A stretch of DNA of 64,000 nucleotides from the NCBI GenBank assembly GCA_964452145.1, contig CAYVLA010000008.1:12360-76359 (forward strand). The letters are read 5' to 3'. The translations under genes and the position numbers were made by a program. This stretch comes from Candidatus Hadarchaeota archaeon (GTDB lineage: Archaea > CAYQAE01 > CAYVLA01). Under the pieces are notes generated by a model. It was not told the origin of the DNA. It searched no databases and saw only the letters and a list, made by a program, of their open reading frames with translations. Positions 28,545-37,607 of the stretch are shown here, one piece after another. Positions within the stretch are counted from its first letter, which is position 1, and the number at the start of each line of letters is the position of its first letter.

Positions 28545-29069
28545 GTGATTCCGTCGTTCCTAGACATAGAGTCCACCTCCCTTTTCGCCGACACCGGCAT
28601 GCTGGTCTGCGCAGTGCTGAGAAGGGAGGATACGGACATGGTGTTCTTCGTCGACTCACCCAGACGGGAGAAGCCGGTTCTGAAGAGGCTCTCAGAGGAG
28701 ATCTCCAGACGGGAAGCACTGATCACTTTCAATGGTAGGTCTTTCGATCTTCCCTTCCTAGCTTCGCGAATGCTCGTCCTCGGCCTCGATGACGCCGTTT
28801 TGGAGGTCGAGTGCCACGTAGACGTCTTCGAAGGGTGCAAGCACGTCCTACGGTTCGACAAGCTCAGCCTTAACCACATCGCCAGGGTGTTGGGCGTCGA
28901 GGTCCTTGCCGGGCTTGACGGAAGGGATGTGCCCCGTCTCTACCTGAGCTATCTCTCCCATCGACAAAGGGAGCTGAAGGACCAGATCATCCAGCATTGT
29001 CTGTCCGACGCCTTGATGCTGGAGAAGGTCTACCGCAGGCTGGAGCCTCTAATCTCCCGAGGTGGCTGA
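28545..29069 (+). CDS. RNase H-like domain protein (YprB-like 3'-5' exonuclease fold)
   Basis: FLDIEST, TFNGRSFDLPFL, H.D, terminal HC..D. Confidence 0.82.
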   Translation: MIPSFLDIESTSLFADTGMLVCAVLRREDTDMVFFVDSPRREKPVLKRLSEEISRREALITFNGRSFDLPFLASRMLVLGLDDAVLEVECHVDVFEGCKHVLRFDKLSLNHIARVLGVEVLAGLDGRDVPRLYLSYLSHRQRELKDQIIQHCLSDALMLEKVYRRLEPLISRGG

Positions 29070-29074
29070 CCCAG

Positions 29075-30322
29075 ATGACTCTGAGAGTCCGCATCCTCGG
29101 CAGCGGGATGGAGGTCGGCCGATCATGCCTCGGGGTTGGCGACGACCTGCTTCTCGATTGTGGCATACTGATGTCGGAGGAGACTGATCCCGCCCCAAGC
29201 GACTTCTTTCCCCGCGTACGGGATCAGGAGAAGATCCGAGACGTCTTCATCTCCCACGCCCACCTTGACCACTCGGGCTACCTGCCCTTCATGGTGGACT
29301 CGGGTTTTGACGGCAACGTGTACTGCGTGAAGCCCACCAAGGACCTATACAGGATACTCCTAATGGATTCCCTCAAGCTCTCCAAAGGCCTTTGGGCCAA
29401 ACTCGACGAATCGATAGTTGACCCAGTCATGGACTCGATCATCGCGGTCGACTACGACGAGGAGATCCAAGTCCAAGGCGGCATCGTTCGCTTCCTCAAA
29501 AGCCACCACATCTTGGGCTCCGGGATGATCCATGTGGAGAAGGAACGCAGAAGGATCCTGTACACGTCCGACTTCAACATGGGGGCCACGAGATGCTTCG
29601 GGGGAGTCAGGCAGGAGATCGCACAGCACGACGAGTTAAAGGATCTGGATGCGCTATTCGTGGAATCAACATACGGGGATACCGTGAGGCCGCCTAGAGC
29701 CGATCGGGAGAGATACCTCATCCACGCGGTGAACGAGAGCCTGGAACAGGGGAGGCGGGTCCTGCTACCCTGCTTCGCCCTGGGGAGGGCCCAGGAGCTG
29801 GAGCGGATATTCGTCACGAACCGGTCCGAGATTCCCTACACCAGCATCTACGCAGATGGCATGATCAGGGAGATGAACAGGATACATGCCAAATACCAGA
29901 GATACCTCGATACCGAGTTTCCCCTGATCTTCAGAGAGGTTCGGAGGACGGTTCGGGATCAGGTCCTCAACGATCCGCAAGGCATAATAATCACCACCTC
30001 AGGCTTCTGCCAGGGTGGACCGATCCGATACTACCTGGACAATGCATCAGAGGGCGACACGGTCATCTTCTCGACCTCCTACTTCCCGCGCGGATCCATG
30101 GCCGACAAGATCAAGGTTGAGAGGAAGTACGATGAGACCCCACTCAACATCGAAGAGGTGGATCTTTCGGCCCACTCTAGCTTCCCTGAGTCCAAGGAGT
30201 TTGTGGAGGCCCTTCAGCCAAGAGTGGTGTACACCCTCCACGGGGATCCCGTTCCCGAGAAGTTCCTGGCCTTCCAGCTCGGCGGATTTCCCACCATAAA
30301 CGAACAAAGGCTTCTAATCTAG
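29075..30322 (+). CDS. Metallo-beta-lactamase/beta-CASP ribonuclease
   Basis: EVGRSC, SHAHLDHSG, HILGS, ESTYG, GRAQE, SAH, HG. Confidence 0.88.
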   Translation: MTLRVRILGSGMEVGRSCLGVGDDLLLDCGILMSEETDPAPSDFFPRVRDQEKIRDVFISHAHLDHSGYLPFMVDSGFDGNVYCVKPTKDLYRILLMDSLKLSKGLWAKLDESIVDPVMDSIIAVDYDEEIQVQGGIVRFLKSHHILGSGMIHVEKERRRILYTSDFNMGATRCFGGVRQEIAQHDELKDLDALFVESTYGDTVRPPRADRERYLIHAVNESLEQGRRVLLPCFALGRAQELERIFVTNRSEIPYTSIYADGMIREMNRIHAKYQRYLDTEFPLIFREVRRTVRDQVLNDPQGIIITTSGFCQGGPIRYYLDNASEGDTVIFSTSYFPRGSMADKIKVERKYDETPLNIEEVDLSAHSSFPESKEFVEALQPRVVYTLHGDPVPEKFLAFQLGGFPTINEQRLLI

Positions 30323-32151
30323 GGCGGCTCGTCCTTTCCCGTCATGAACTGCATCTCGCACAGATTTCGGTACAGTCCTCCCTTCGCCATGAGCTGCTGG
30401 TGACGACCCTCCTCCACGATCCTGCCATCGTCTAGAACCACGATTCTGTCGGAGTTCCTGACCGTGGACAGCCTGTGAGCTATCACAACGGACGTCCTGT
30501 TTCGCAGCAGCTGCTCCAGGGCGTTCTGTATCAGCAACTCGGTATACGGGTCCACGCTCGAGGTCGCTTCATCGAGCAGGAGGATCGGGGGATCGACGAG
30601 AAGGGCCCTGGCGAAAGCTATCAGCTGTCGCTGTCCCACCGAGAGGTTACCTCCACGTTCCCTCACAGCCGTGTCATATCCCTGCGGCAACCTCGAGATG
30701 AATTCAGCAGCCCCCACGGCCCGAGCAGCTGCCTGGACCTCCTCGTCGGAGGCATCCGGCTTCCCGTAGCGGATGTTGTCCTTGATGGTTCCCGAGAAGA
30801 GGATCGTGTCCTGAAGAACGATGGCCATGTTCCGCCTGAGGGAATCAAGGGTGATGCACCTGATGTCCGTCCCGTCGATGCAGATGGATCCTCTGGTGAC
30901 ATCATAGTATCGCAGGAGGAGGTTCATGATCGTGCTCTTGCCCGCCCCGGTTGGCCCAACGATGGCCAGCCTCTCCCCCGCATCCACATGCATGTTAAGA
31001 TCGCCGAGAACGGGATGGCCGGGAACGTATTCGAAGGTCACGTCCCTGAAATCGACGATGCCTCTCACCCGGCCCATGTCCACCGCACCCGGTTGATCCA
31101 CGACCTCGGAAGGGGTGTCCAGAACGCCGAAGATTCTCTCAGCGGCGGCGAAGGCCGACTGCAAGCTGTTGTAGAACTGTGTGAGATCCATGATGGGCCC
31201 GAAAAACTGCATGACGTATGCCTGGAAGAGGATGAGAGTACCGAGGCTTATCGCACCTCCTATGACCGATTGACCCCCGAAGAAGTAGACGATGGTGAGG
31301 CCGATGGCTCCCAGCAGCTCGACTGCCGGGAAGAAGACTGAATGCACCTGTGCTGCATAGAGGTTGGCCTGCAGATTCTCGACGTTGGCTTGATCGAAAC
31401 GCTGGGCGTTTCTCTCCTCCCTGCTGAAACTCTGAGCGACCTTCACTCCGGATATGCTTTCCTGCAGATTGGCCATCACGCCCGCGATCTTCTGCCTAGT
31501 CCGCCTGTACGCCCTGCGGGCCATCCCTCTGAACAGGACGGCCATGCCAAGAAGCATCGGGACTGTCAGGAGTGCGTAGATGGTCAGTCTGACGTTGACT
31601 ATGAGCATGACGGATATTATCAAGCCGAGTTTGATGAAATCGCTGAAGACGTTCAGAAGACCGGTTGCCAGCACCTCGTAGATCGTCTCGACATCCGACG
31701 TAACCTTGGACATGAGCCTCCCGACTTCGGACTTGTCAAAGAAGGACTTGGACATCCGCTGAAGATGGCCGAACATGCTGTTCCTTATGTCCCTCATCAG
31801 GCTTGAACCGATCCAGTTCAAGAGATACACGCGCCCCACGTCCCCGAAATACGACACGACCGCTATGGCCAGATAGGCAGACGCGATCAAGACCAGGCCT
31901 TGGAAGGCCGCATTGACGGCGATCTTTCCCTGGCTTGCAGGCATCATATAGCTGTCGATCGCCGTTCTGAGAAGCATCGGCTGAATGACCCCCAGGACCG
32001 CCCCACCCAGCACCAGGGCAAAACATATGACGAATCTGCGCCTGTAGACCAGTATGAAGGATGCGAGCCTAGCCAAGAGTGCCCTGTCTGACATGGTCCT
32101 ATCGTATTCCTCGTCCTCGAGCCCGTGATCGAAATGGAACTTGTAGCCCAT
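30319..32151 (-). CDS. ABC exporter subunit (TMD+NBD)
   Basis: GPTGAGKS, LSVGQRQ, LLDEATS. Confidence 0.93.
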   Translation of the reverse strand: MGYKFHFDHGLEDEEYDRTMSDRALLARLASFILVYRRRFVICFALVLGGAVLGVIQPMLLRTAIDSYMMPASQGKIAVNAAFQGLVLIASAYLAIAVVSYFGDVGRVYLLNWIGSSLMRDIRNSMFGHLQRMSKSFFDKSEVGRLMSKVTSDVETIYEVLATGLLNVFSDFIKLGLIISVMLIVNVRLTIYALLTVPMLLGMAVLFRGMARRAYRRTRQKIAGVMANLQESISGVKVAQSFSREERNAQRFDQANVENLQANLYAAQVHSVFFPAVELLGAIGLTIVYFFGGQSVIGGAISLGTLILFQAYVMQFFGPIMDLTQFYNSLQSAFAAAERIFGVLDTPSEVVDQPGAVDMGRVRGIVDFRDVTFEYVPGHPVLGDLNMHVDAGERLAIVGPTGAGKSTIMNLLLRYYDVTRGSICIDGTDIRCITLDSLRRNMAIVLQDTILFSGTIKDNIRYGKPDASDEEVQAAARAVGAAEFISRLPQGYDTAVRERGGNLSVGQRQLIAFARALLVDPPILLLDEATSSVDPYTELLIQNALEQLLRNRTSVVIAHRLSTVRNSDRIVVLDDGRIVEEGRHQQLMAKGGLYRNLCEMQFMTGKDEPP

Positions 32152-33971
32152 CAGGCCCCCCTCCAGCCTGCTTCCAGCAGGTCCCCTCCAGCCTGGGCCT
32201 GGTATATCCTGTAGTAGACGCCCTTTGACCCGAGCAGCTCCTCATGCGCTCCCTGTTCGACGACCCTGCCCTGGTCCAGCACAATGATCTTGGTGCCCTT
32301 CCTCATCATGGAAAGGCGTTGGGTGATGATGAAGGTCGTCCGGTCTCTGAGCAGGGTGTCCAAGGCCTTCTGGATCTCGTGCTCGGTCTCGGTGTCCACG
32401 CTCGATGTCGAGTCGTCCAGTATGAGGATCCGAGGATCCATCAACAGGGCCCTGGCAATGGCCACCCTCTGCTTCTCACCCCCCGACAGTGTGACTCCCC
32501 TCTCTCCGACAACGGTGTCATAGCCCTTGGGCAACCTTCGAATGAACTCATCGGCTTCAGCAAGCCGGGCGCAACGAACGACCTCGTCCATGCTGGCCTC
32601 CGGCCGGCCATATGCAATGTTCTCCTTGATCGTAGTCGAGAACAGAAACGTCTCCTGGGGCACGATGCCTATCTGCTTCCTTAGGGACTTCACCGTGACG
32701 TCCCGGAGATCATGGCCGTCGATCTTCACGCTGCCCGAGGTCGGATCGTAGAACCTGGGAATGAGGTTCACCACGGTGCTCTTGCCCGAGCCCGTGGCAC
32801 CCAGAAGGACGACGGTCTCCCCGGGTTCGGCCCGGAAGGACACCCCTTCGAGGCTCGGCGGCCCCTCTCCGTAGCTGAAGGACACATCTTCGAAGGCCAC
32901 ACTGCCTCTGACCTCCCTTAACTCAACGGCTCCGGGCTTTTCGACCAACTCCGGCTTCTGGTCTATTATCTCGAAGACCCTCCTGCCGCCTGCGATCGCA
33001 TCCTGATAGATCCTCGTCATGTTGCCCAACATCCTCAGCGGCCCGGTCAGCCTAACCACGTATACGGTGAAGGCGATCAGCGTGCCTAGAGCAAGTGATC
33101 CCGAGGCGACTCTGTACCCCCCGTAGAGGAGTATGGCGATCATGCTGAAGTCCGAGAGGACGGAGGTGATCGGCGAATAGACTGCCCGTATGCGCGTCAG
33201 AAGGATTGAGAGGTCGAAGTACCGCTCGTTGGAGGCTCGAAACTTGTCCATTTCGTGTCCGTGCTGGCCATAGGCTGCAACGACCTGGGCGCCCGCCAAG
33301 TTTTCCTGGAGGATGGAGTTCAGAGAGCCAAATGCATCTCGGCTCCTGTAGAGGGGCTCCCTCATCAGCCTCGAGAAGCGGGCCATCGCCCATACGATCA
33401 AGGGGCCCGCACAGAAGGCAAGAAGCGTCAACCCGGGGGCGTCCAGGACGGTGATGCACACCACCAGCACAACTGTGAAGTTGATCAACGAACCGGATAT
33501 CATGCGAAAGCCGAAGCTCAGAAACCGTCGAACCATATCGACATCCATCGTCGTCCTCGACATCAGCTGCCCCGTCTGGGTGCGGTCGAAGAAAGAGAAC
33601 GACTGGGCCTGTAGGCTCTCGTACATCTCCTTCCTCAGTCGGTAGATCACCCGCTGGGCCACGATCTCGCCCAGATACCTCTGGAAGAAGCTGAAGATGC
33701 CGGAGAGCGCGGTGACGCCGACCACCGATAAGGAGAGGATGAGAAGCATTCTCCCATTTTTCGAAGGAATGGCCACATCAACTATCCGCCGAACGAAGAG
33801 GGCAGGGTAGGCATGCAGAATCCCCACGACCGTGAGGCAAACAAGAACGATCAGGGAATACCTCCAGTGTTTCAGCCAGTAGGTCATGAGTCGGCGAAAT
33901 ACCTTGCCTCCTCCCCTGACGTCCAAGTACTCTGTACCGGGGCCCTCCAGGCCTCCATGGTGGTGAAACAA
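32151..33971 (-). CDS. ABC exporter subunit with degenerate site (heterodimer partner)
   Basis: GATGSGKS, LSGGEKQ, ILDDSTS (E to D) and TQR (H to Q), typical of TM287/288-like heterodimers. Confidence 0.93.
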   Translation of the reverse strand: MFHHHGGLEGPGTEYLDVRGGGKVFRRLMTYWLKHWRYSLIVLVCLTVVGILHAYPALFVRRIVDVAIPSKNGRMLLILSLSVVGVTALSGIFSFFQRYLGEIVAQRVIYRLRKEMYESLQAQSFSFFDRTQTGQLMSRTTMDVDMVRRFLSFGFRMISGSLINFTVVLVVCITVLDAPGLTLLAFCAGPLIVWAMARFSRLMREPLYRSRDAFGSLNSILQENLAGAQVVAAYGQHGHEMDKFRASNERYFDLSILLTRIRAVYSPITSVLSDFSMIAILLYGGYRVASGSLALGTLIAFTVYVVRLTGPLRMLGNMTRIYQDAIAGGRRVFEIIDQKPELVEKPGAVELREVRGSVAFEDVSFSYGEGPPSLEGVSFRAEPGETVVLLGATGSGKSTVVNLIPRFYDPTSGSVKIDGHDLRDVTVKSLRKQIGIVPQETFLFSTTIKENIAYGRPEASMDEVVRCARLAEADEFIRRLPKGYDTVVGERGVTLSGGEKQRVAIARALLMDPRILILDDSTSSVDTETEHEIQKALDTLLRDRTTFIITQRLSMMRKGTKIIVLDQGRVVEQGAHEELLGSKGVYYRIYQAQAGGDLLEAGWRGA

Positions 33972-34058
33972 TCAGCAGCGGCTCCGCGGGCGTTCACGCC
34001 CTCTGTCTAGCATAGTTCGGAATCGAATAGTTCGGAAACGTGATATAACTCTTTCCTG

Positions 34059-34607
34059 TTAGCGCCGGGGCCGTGCAAGGATGACCCGGATCACGGCATC
34101 GCATATCAATCCAGGGAGCCGGTCCCTGTTGCCGGGAGTGACTAGTGTGGTCGTTGCATCGGGACGCATCCTCACTGACGACACGAACTCCCCGCCCGCC
34201 CTGTAGTGAACGGCCGCCGCTACCGGGGCAGCCGAATCCAGGACCCTCTGGACGCCTGAGACGAAAACCCTGCTCCTCAGCTCCATGGGTCCTATCTCAT
34301 CCACGATGAAGGCCTCGGCCCTTCTCTCAAGCGCTTCACGGGATATCGCATCCAAGTCTCTCGTGTTGACGCCGTATCTGGAGATCGTGGGGACAGCCGG
34401 TGAGTAGAGGGACACATGGGCGAGCGTTCCCCTTCTGCCCAGGAGATCGACTATCTCGAACCCCTGCCTCACGCCGTCCTTCCTGATTTCGGGGCAGATG
34501 ATGCCGCCAACCGTGTAGCCCCTCTCCTTCAGCATTCGCCAGAGGCTCAACAGAACGGTTGTCTTGCCGCAACCAGGTGGGCCGGTCAAGAGGATGTTCT
34601 TCTGCAT
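34059..34607 (-). CDS. NTPase, THEP1 family
   Basis: TGPPGCGKTT, EIR..G.R.GF, VDEIGPMEL. Confidence 0.9.
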   Translation of the reverse strand: MQKNILLTGPPGCGKTTVLLSLWRMLKERGYTVGGIICPEIRKDGVRQGFEIVDLLGRRGTLAHVSLYSPAVPTISRYGVNTRDLDAISREALERRAEAFIVDEIGPMELRSRVFVSGVQRVLDSAAPVAAAVHYRAGGEFVSSVRMRPDATTTLVTPGNRDRLPGLICDAVIRVILARPRR

Positions 34608-34699
34608 TGATACGGCCCAACGCCCCGCCCCTTATTTGATCTCACCAACGAAACCGGACGCAACAGATATTTGAACAGCACAGCAGCGCCAAGAACAGG

Positions 34700-35377
34700 A
34701 TGGGCGGCATGCTTCTTGGGATCGACGAGAGCGGAAGGGGACCGGTCATCGGTGACATGGTGATAGCCGGTGTGCTGCTCACCTCTCGCAGAACCCAAGC
34801 GGTCCTTGCACGCGAAGGAGTGAAGGATAGCAAGGAACTCTCAAGAAGGAAGAGGGAGGCCCTGTTTCCGATCATCCAGAGGCGGGCGCTTTCGGTCATG
34901 GTCAGGATCGTCACCGCCGATGATGTCGATGCATGGAGGGGCCGAGGTGGCAGCCTGAATGAGTTGGAGGCGAAGGTCTTCTCGGAGATTATCAATGAGG
35001 CCCACCCAGAGGAGGCCATCGTCGACTGCTCCGACGTGATCCCGGCGACTTTCCAGGCGAGAATGACTCGGTATCTGGGTCGGTCGGCACCACGGCCCAT
35101 CTGCGAGCACTTCGCCGACAAGAACTACCCCGTGGTGTCAGCTGCGAGCATCGTTGCCAAGGTCGTTCGAGATCGCAGGATTCGGGACCTGTGCGACTCG
35201 TTCGGCGAGCTGGGAAGCGGGTATTGCTCGGACAGGAGGACGATCGCGTTCCTAGAGTCATGGTATGACAGAACGGGTACCTTCCCGCCCTTCGCCAGGA
35301 AGACCTGGTGCACAATCGGCAGGATAGAGAACGAAAGGGCCCAAAAAAGGCTGCCGGACTACAGCTTCCAGAGATAG
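34700..35377 (+). CDS. rnhB: Ribonuclease HII
   Basis: GIDESGRGPVIG, DSKEL, SAASIVAKV.RD, GSGY; PIP-like tail QKRLPDY. Confidence 0.95.
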   Translation: MGGMLLGIDESGRGPVIGDMVIAGVLLTSRRTQAVLAREGVKDSKELSRRKREALFPIIQRRALSVMVRIVTADDVDAWRGRGGSLNELEAKVFSEIINEAHPEEAIVDCSDVIPATFQARMTRYLGRSAPRPICEHFADKNYPVVSAASIVAKVVRDRRIRDLCDSFGELGSGYCSDRRTIAFLESWYDRTGTFPPFARKTWCTIGRIENERAQKRLPDYSFQR

Positions 35378-35757
35378 ATGAAGATCGCCGCCACGATGGC
35401 CACTTCGACCAGGAAAGGCGTCACCAGAGGATACCAGTTCAACCCCTGGAAGGTCCTCATCTTGTTCTGGAAGAGCACCATATAGAACAGGAATACGAAC
35501 ACGGCCGTCGCGATTATGGAGAGAACCGAGTACTTGGCATTTCTGGCGTATATACATAGAAACGCAAAGAAGCCCGAAACTGCAAGGAAGCCGAAGGTGG
35601 CAAGGGCCAGCAGTATGGTCCAGATCCAGGTAAGAATGTGCATCAGACCACCTTTGTCGGAGTTGGCCCATACGGGCACAACCGTAGCCATGAAGCAGAA
35701 CAGAATGACTAGAGCGACGACGCGAAGCATGCGGCCTTCCACGGCTTGTCTCACCAT
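35359..35757 (-). CDS. Membrane protein, hypothetical
   Basis: Four hydrophobic segments. Confidence 0.6.
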   Translation of the reverse strand: MVRQAVEGRMLRVVALVILFCFMATVVPVWANSDKGGLMHILTWIWTILLALATFGFLAVSGFFAFLCIYARNAKYSVLSIIATAVFVFLFYMVLFQNKMRTFQGLNWYPLVTPFLVEVAIVAAIFIYLWKL

Positions 35758-35828
35758 ACCACCGCAGACGATCTGGTCCGACCTTTCTTAAAATATATTT
35801 CGGATTACCTGATCGGGCTTGGTTTAGG

Positions 35829-36398
35829 TCATTCACTCCTTTTGAAACCGTTTCTTGACCATAACGATTGCCTCTTTGTCAGGAGCAGCGAGAACGCATT
35901 TGCCAGAAAATGGAAGGTGATGGGAAAAAGGATGTTCGGGAAGAAGTGCTTGTACAGGTAGCCCAGAACCAATCCGGTACAGAGAGCGTAGACGACCTCC
36001 GTCAGGGATCGGTAACCAACGTAGTGGATCGCCCCAAAGACCACCGAGGAGGGGACGACGCCGATGAGCCTGAGCAGGACTCCTCTAAAAAGAAGCTCCT
36101 CGCTCATGCTAACGATGGCGTTCAGGGCGAGAATGTCCCTGGTGCTCAGCGTTGCGGCGAGGATCTCCTCCAGTTCATTGCGCACCTTGAATATCCTGGG
36201 AAGGGAGAGAAGTGGAACGGCCGCCAGGAACAGGCCGGTCCCGAGCGCCACGGCCTTTCCCGACCCCTCGAGGAGTAGGCCGATCACCCTGGGATCGGAG
36301 AGGATGGCGGCGTATCCAAGAGCCACCGCCACGAAGACGGCGGACTGGATCAGCGTTAACCTGACTATGGTTGCCCTGCTGATCCAACCTTCGTGCAG
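35829..36398 (-). CDS. CPBP (Abi/CAAX) intramembrane glutamic endopeptidase
   Basis: EELLFRG, FGAIH, H..AN motifs; start uncertain, best candidate CTG 36398. Confidence 0.82.
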   Translation of the reverse strand: MHEGWISRATIVRLTLIQSAVFVAVALGYAAILSDPRVIGLLLEGSGKAVALGTGLFLAAVPLLSLPRIFKVRNELEEILAATLSTRDILALNAIVSMSEELLFRGVLLRLIGVVPSSVVFGAIHYVGYRSLTEVVYALCTGLVLGYLYKHFFPNILFPITFHFLANAFSLLLTKRQSLWSRNGFKRSE

Positions 36399-36418
36399 CG
36401 TGGCAGCCCCCCAACCGT

Positions 36419-37234
36419 CTAGATGCCCTGAAGTACGCCCTTGATGAATTCGAAGTCCCGGGCTGTCTGGGCAACCACTTCGCTTGTTGAAAGACCTTCG
36501 TATTCGCTGTGGAGGCTGACGGGACCATCGAAAGCCATCCTCTTCAGGTAGCGGAAGACCTCGGTCCAAGGGACCATCCCCGCGCTGAGGGGCATGTGCT
36601 TGAGAACCCACTTCTTCGCGACACTTCGGTCTTGCTCCCACCCGAAGTCCTTCACCGCAACGACCCTGGTCAAATCCGCCAAGAGGTCCATTCCCAGTTT
36701 CCAACCCGACCTGCCCCCCTCTACCACCATGTGCCCCGGATCTATGTATGCCGCCACGCATCCGGGGTCGAAGCCGTCCAGAATCCTCTGAACCAGGCCG
36801 GGTGTGCCGCTCAAGTAATCCCCGGAATGGATGTGCACGACGGCCGTGATCCCGTGGTCCTTGGCCAGATCCGCGATCCCTGACAGTCTGGATCGTGCCT
36901 CCTCCAGCTGCCGCCGAAGGCTGCCAAAGCCTTCATAGCCCCAGTAGCCCAGCTTGACGTACTGAACCCCGCACTCAGCCGCGGTTGCGAAGATCTCGGC
37001 TGCGTGAGGCTCGTCCACTCCCGTCACGGCGGTGGTGATCAACGGAACCACTAGGTCGTGGGATCTCAACACGTCCACTGCCCGGGGCAATCTGCTGCTG
37101 ACCTCGTGAGGAAGCACGTGGCCGGACGGTCGCACGGTCAGGTCAACTCCGTCCAACCCCAAGCCGCGGATCACCTTTCCCACGTCGTCCACGCTTAGAT
37201 CGCCCAGTTTCTTGCTGAACATCAGGAAATGCAT
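36419..37234 (-). CDS. Sugar phosphate isomerase/epimerase family protein
   Basis: GVDLTVRPSGHV, HIHSG, DPGH, VKDF, SLHSEY. Confidence 0.85.
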   Translation of the reverse strand: MHFLMFSKKLGDLSVDDVGKVIRGLGLDGVDLTVRPSGHVLPHEVSSRLPRAVDVLRSHDLVVPLITTAVTGVDEPHAAEIFATAAECGVQYVKLGYWGYEGFGSLRRQLEEARSRLSGIADLAKDHGITAVVHIHSGDYLSGTPGLVQRILDGFDPGCVAAYIDPGHMVVEGGRSGWKLGMDLLADLTRVVAVKDFGWEQDRSVAKKWVLKHMPLSAGMVPWTEVFRYLKRMAFDGPVSLHSEYEGLSTSEVVAQTARDFEFIKGVLQGI

Positions 37235-37350
37235 GTCGATAAGGAAACAACTCCCTCGGATATTGCTTTTCCCCGGGTTCCGACCGTCGGGCATCCGTGT
37301 AAATACATTTTTAAGGATTCTGGGATGGATGGCGGAGAGGTGCAGCCCTG

Positions 37351-37458
37351 ATGCTCCAGGTCTTCGGCAGCGTCGGAGTCGTATTGGCCCTGGTCTCCTT
37401 CGGCATAGCCATCCTGAGCCTGGTTCTGATTCTCTACTTCGCGAAATTCGTTCCGTGA
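37351..37458 (+). CDS. 35-aa single-TM small protein
   Basis: MLQVFGSVGVVLALVSFGIAILSLVLILYFAKFVP; GAGGTG SD and TTTTTAAG TATA upstream; below ORF-track cutoff. Confidence 0.55.
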   Translation: MLQVFGSVGVVLALVSFGIAILSLVLILYFAKFVP

Positions 37459-37607
37459 AGATTGACGCATGTTCGGACCTAGTTTTCGGATGCTGGGTTG
37501 TGAGTGGTCACGCGGCCCAGAGGTCGCGGAGCAACCTGCCCACCGACGGCAGCCCGGCGCCCAAGCAGTTATGAACGCCCCGCATACGAGTTTTCCCGGC
37601 GACCTGC

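Noticed and set aside
36399..36761. Long N-terminus of the CPBP ORF
   Set aside because: Overlaps the isomerase gene on the same strand in another frame; sequence is not protein-like.
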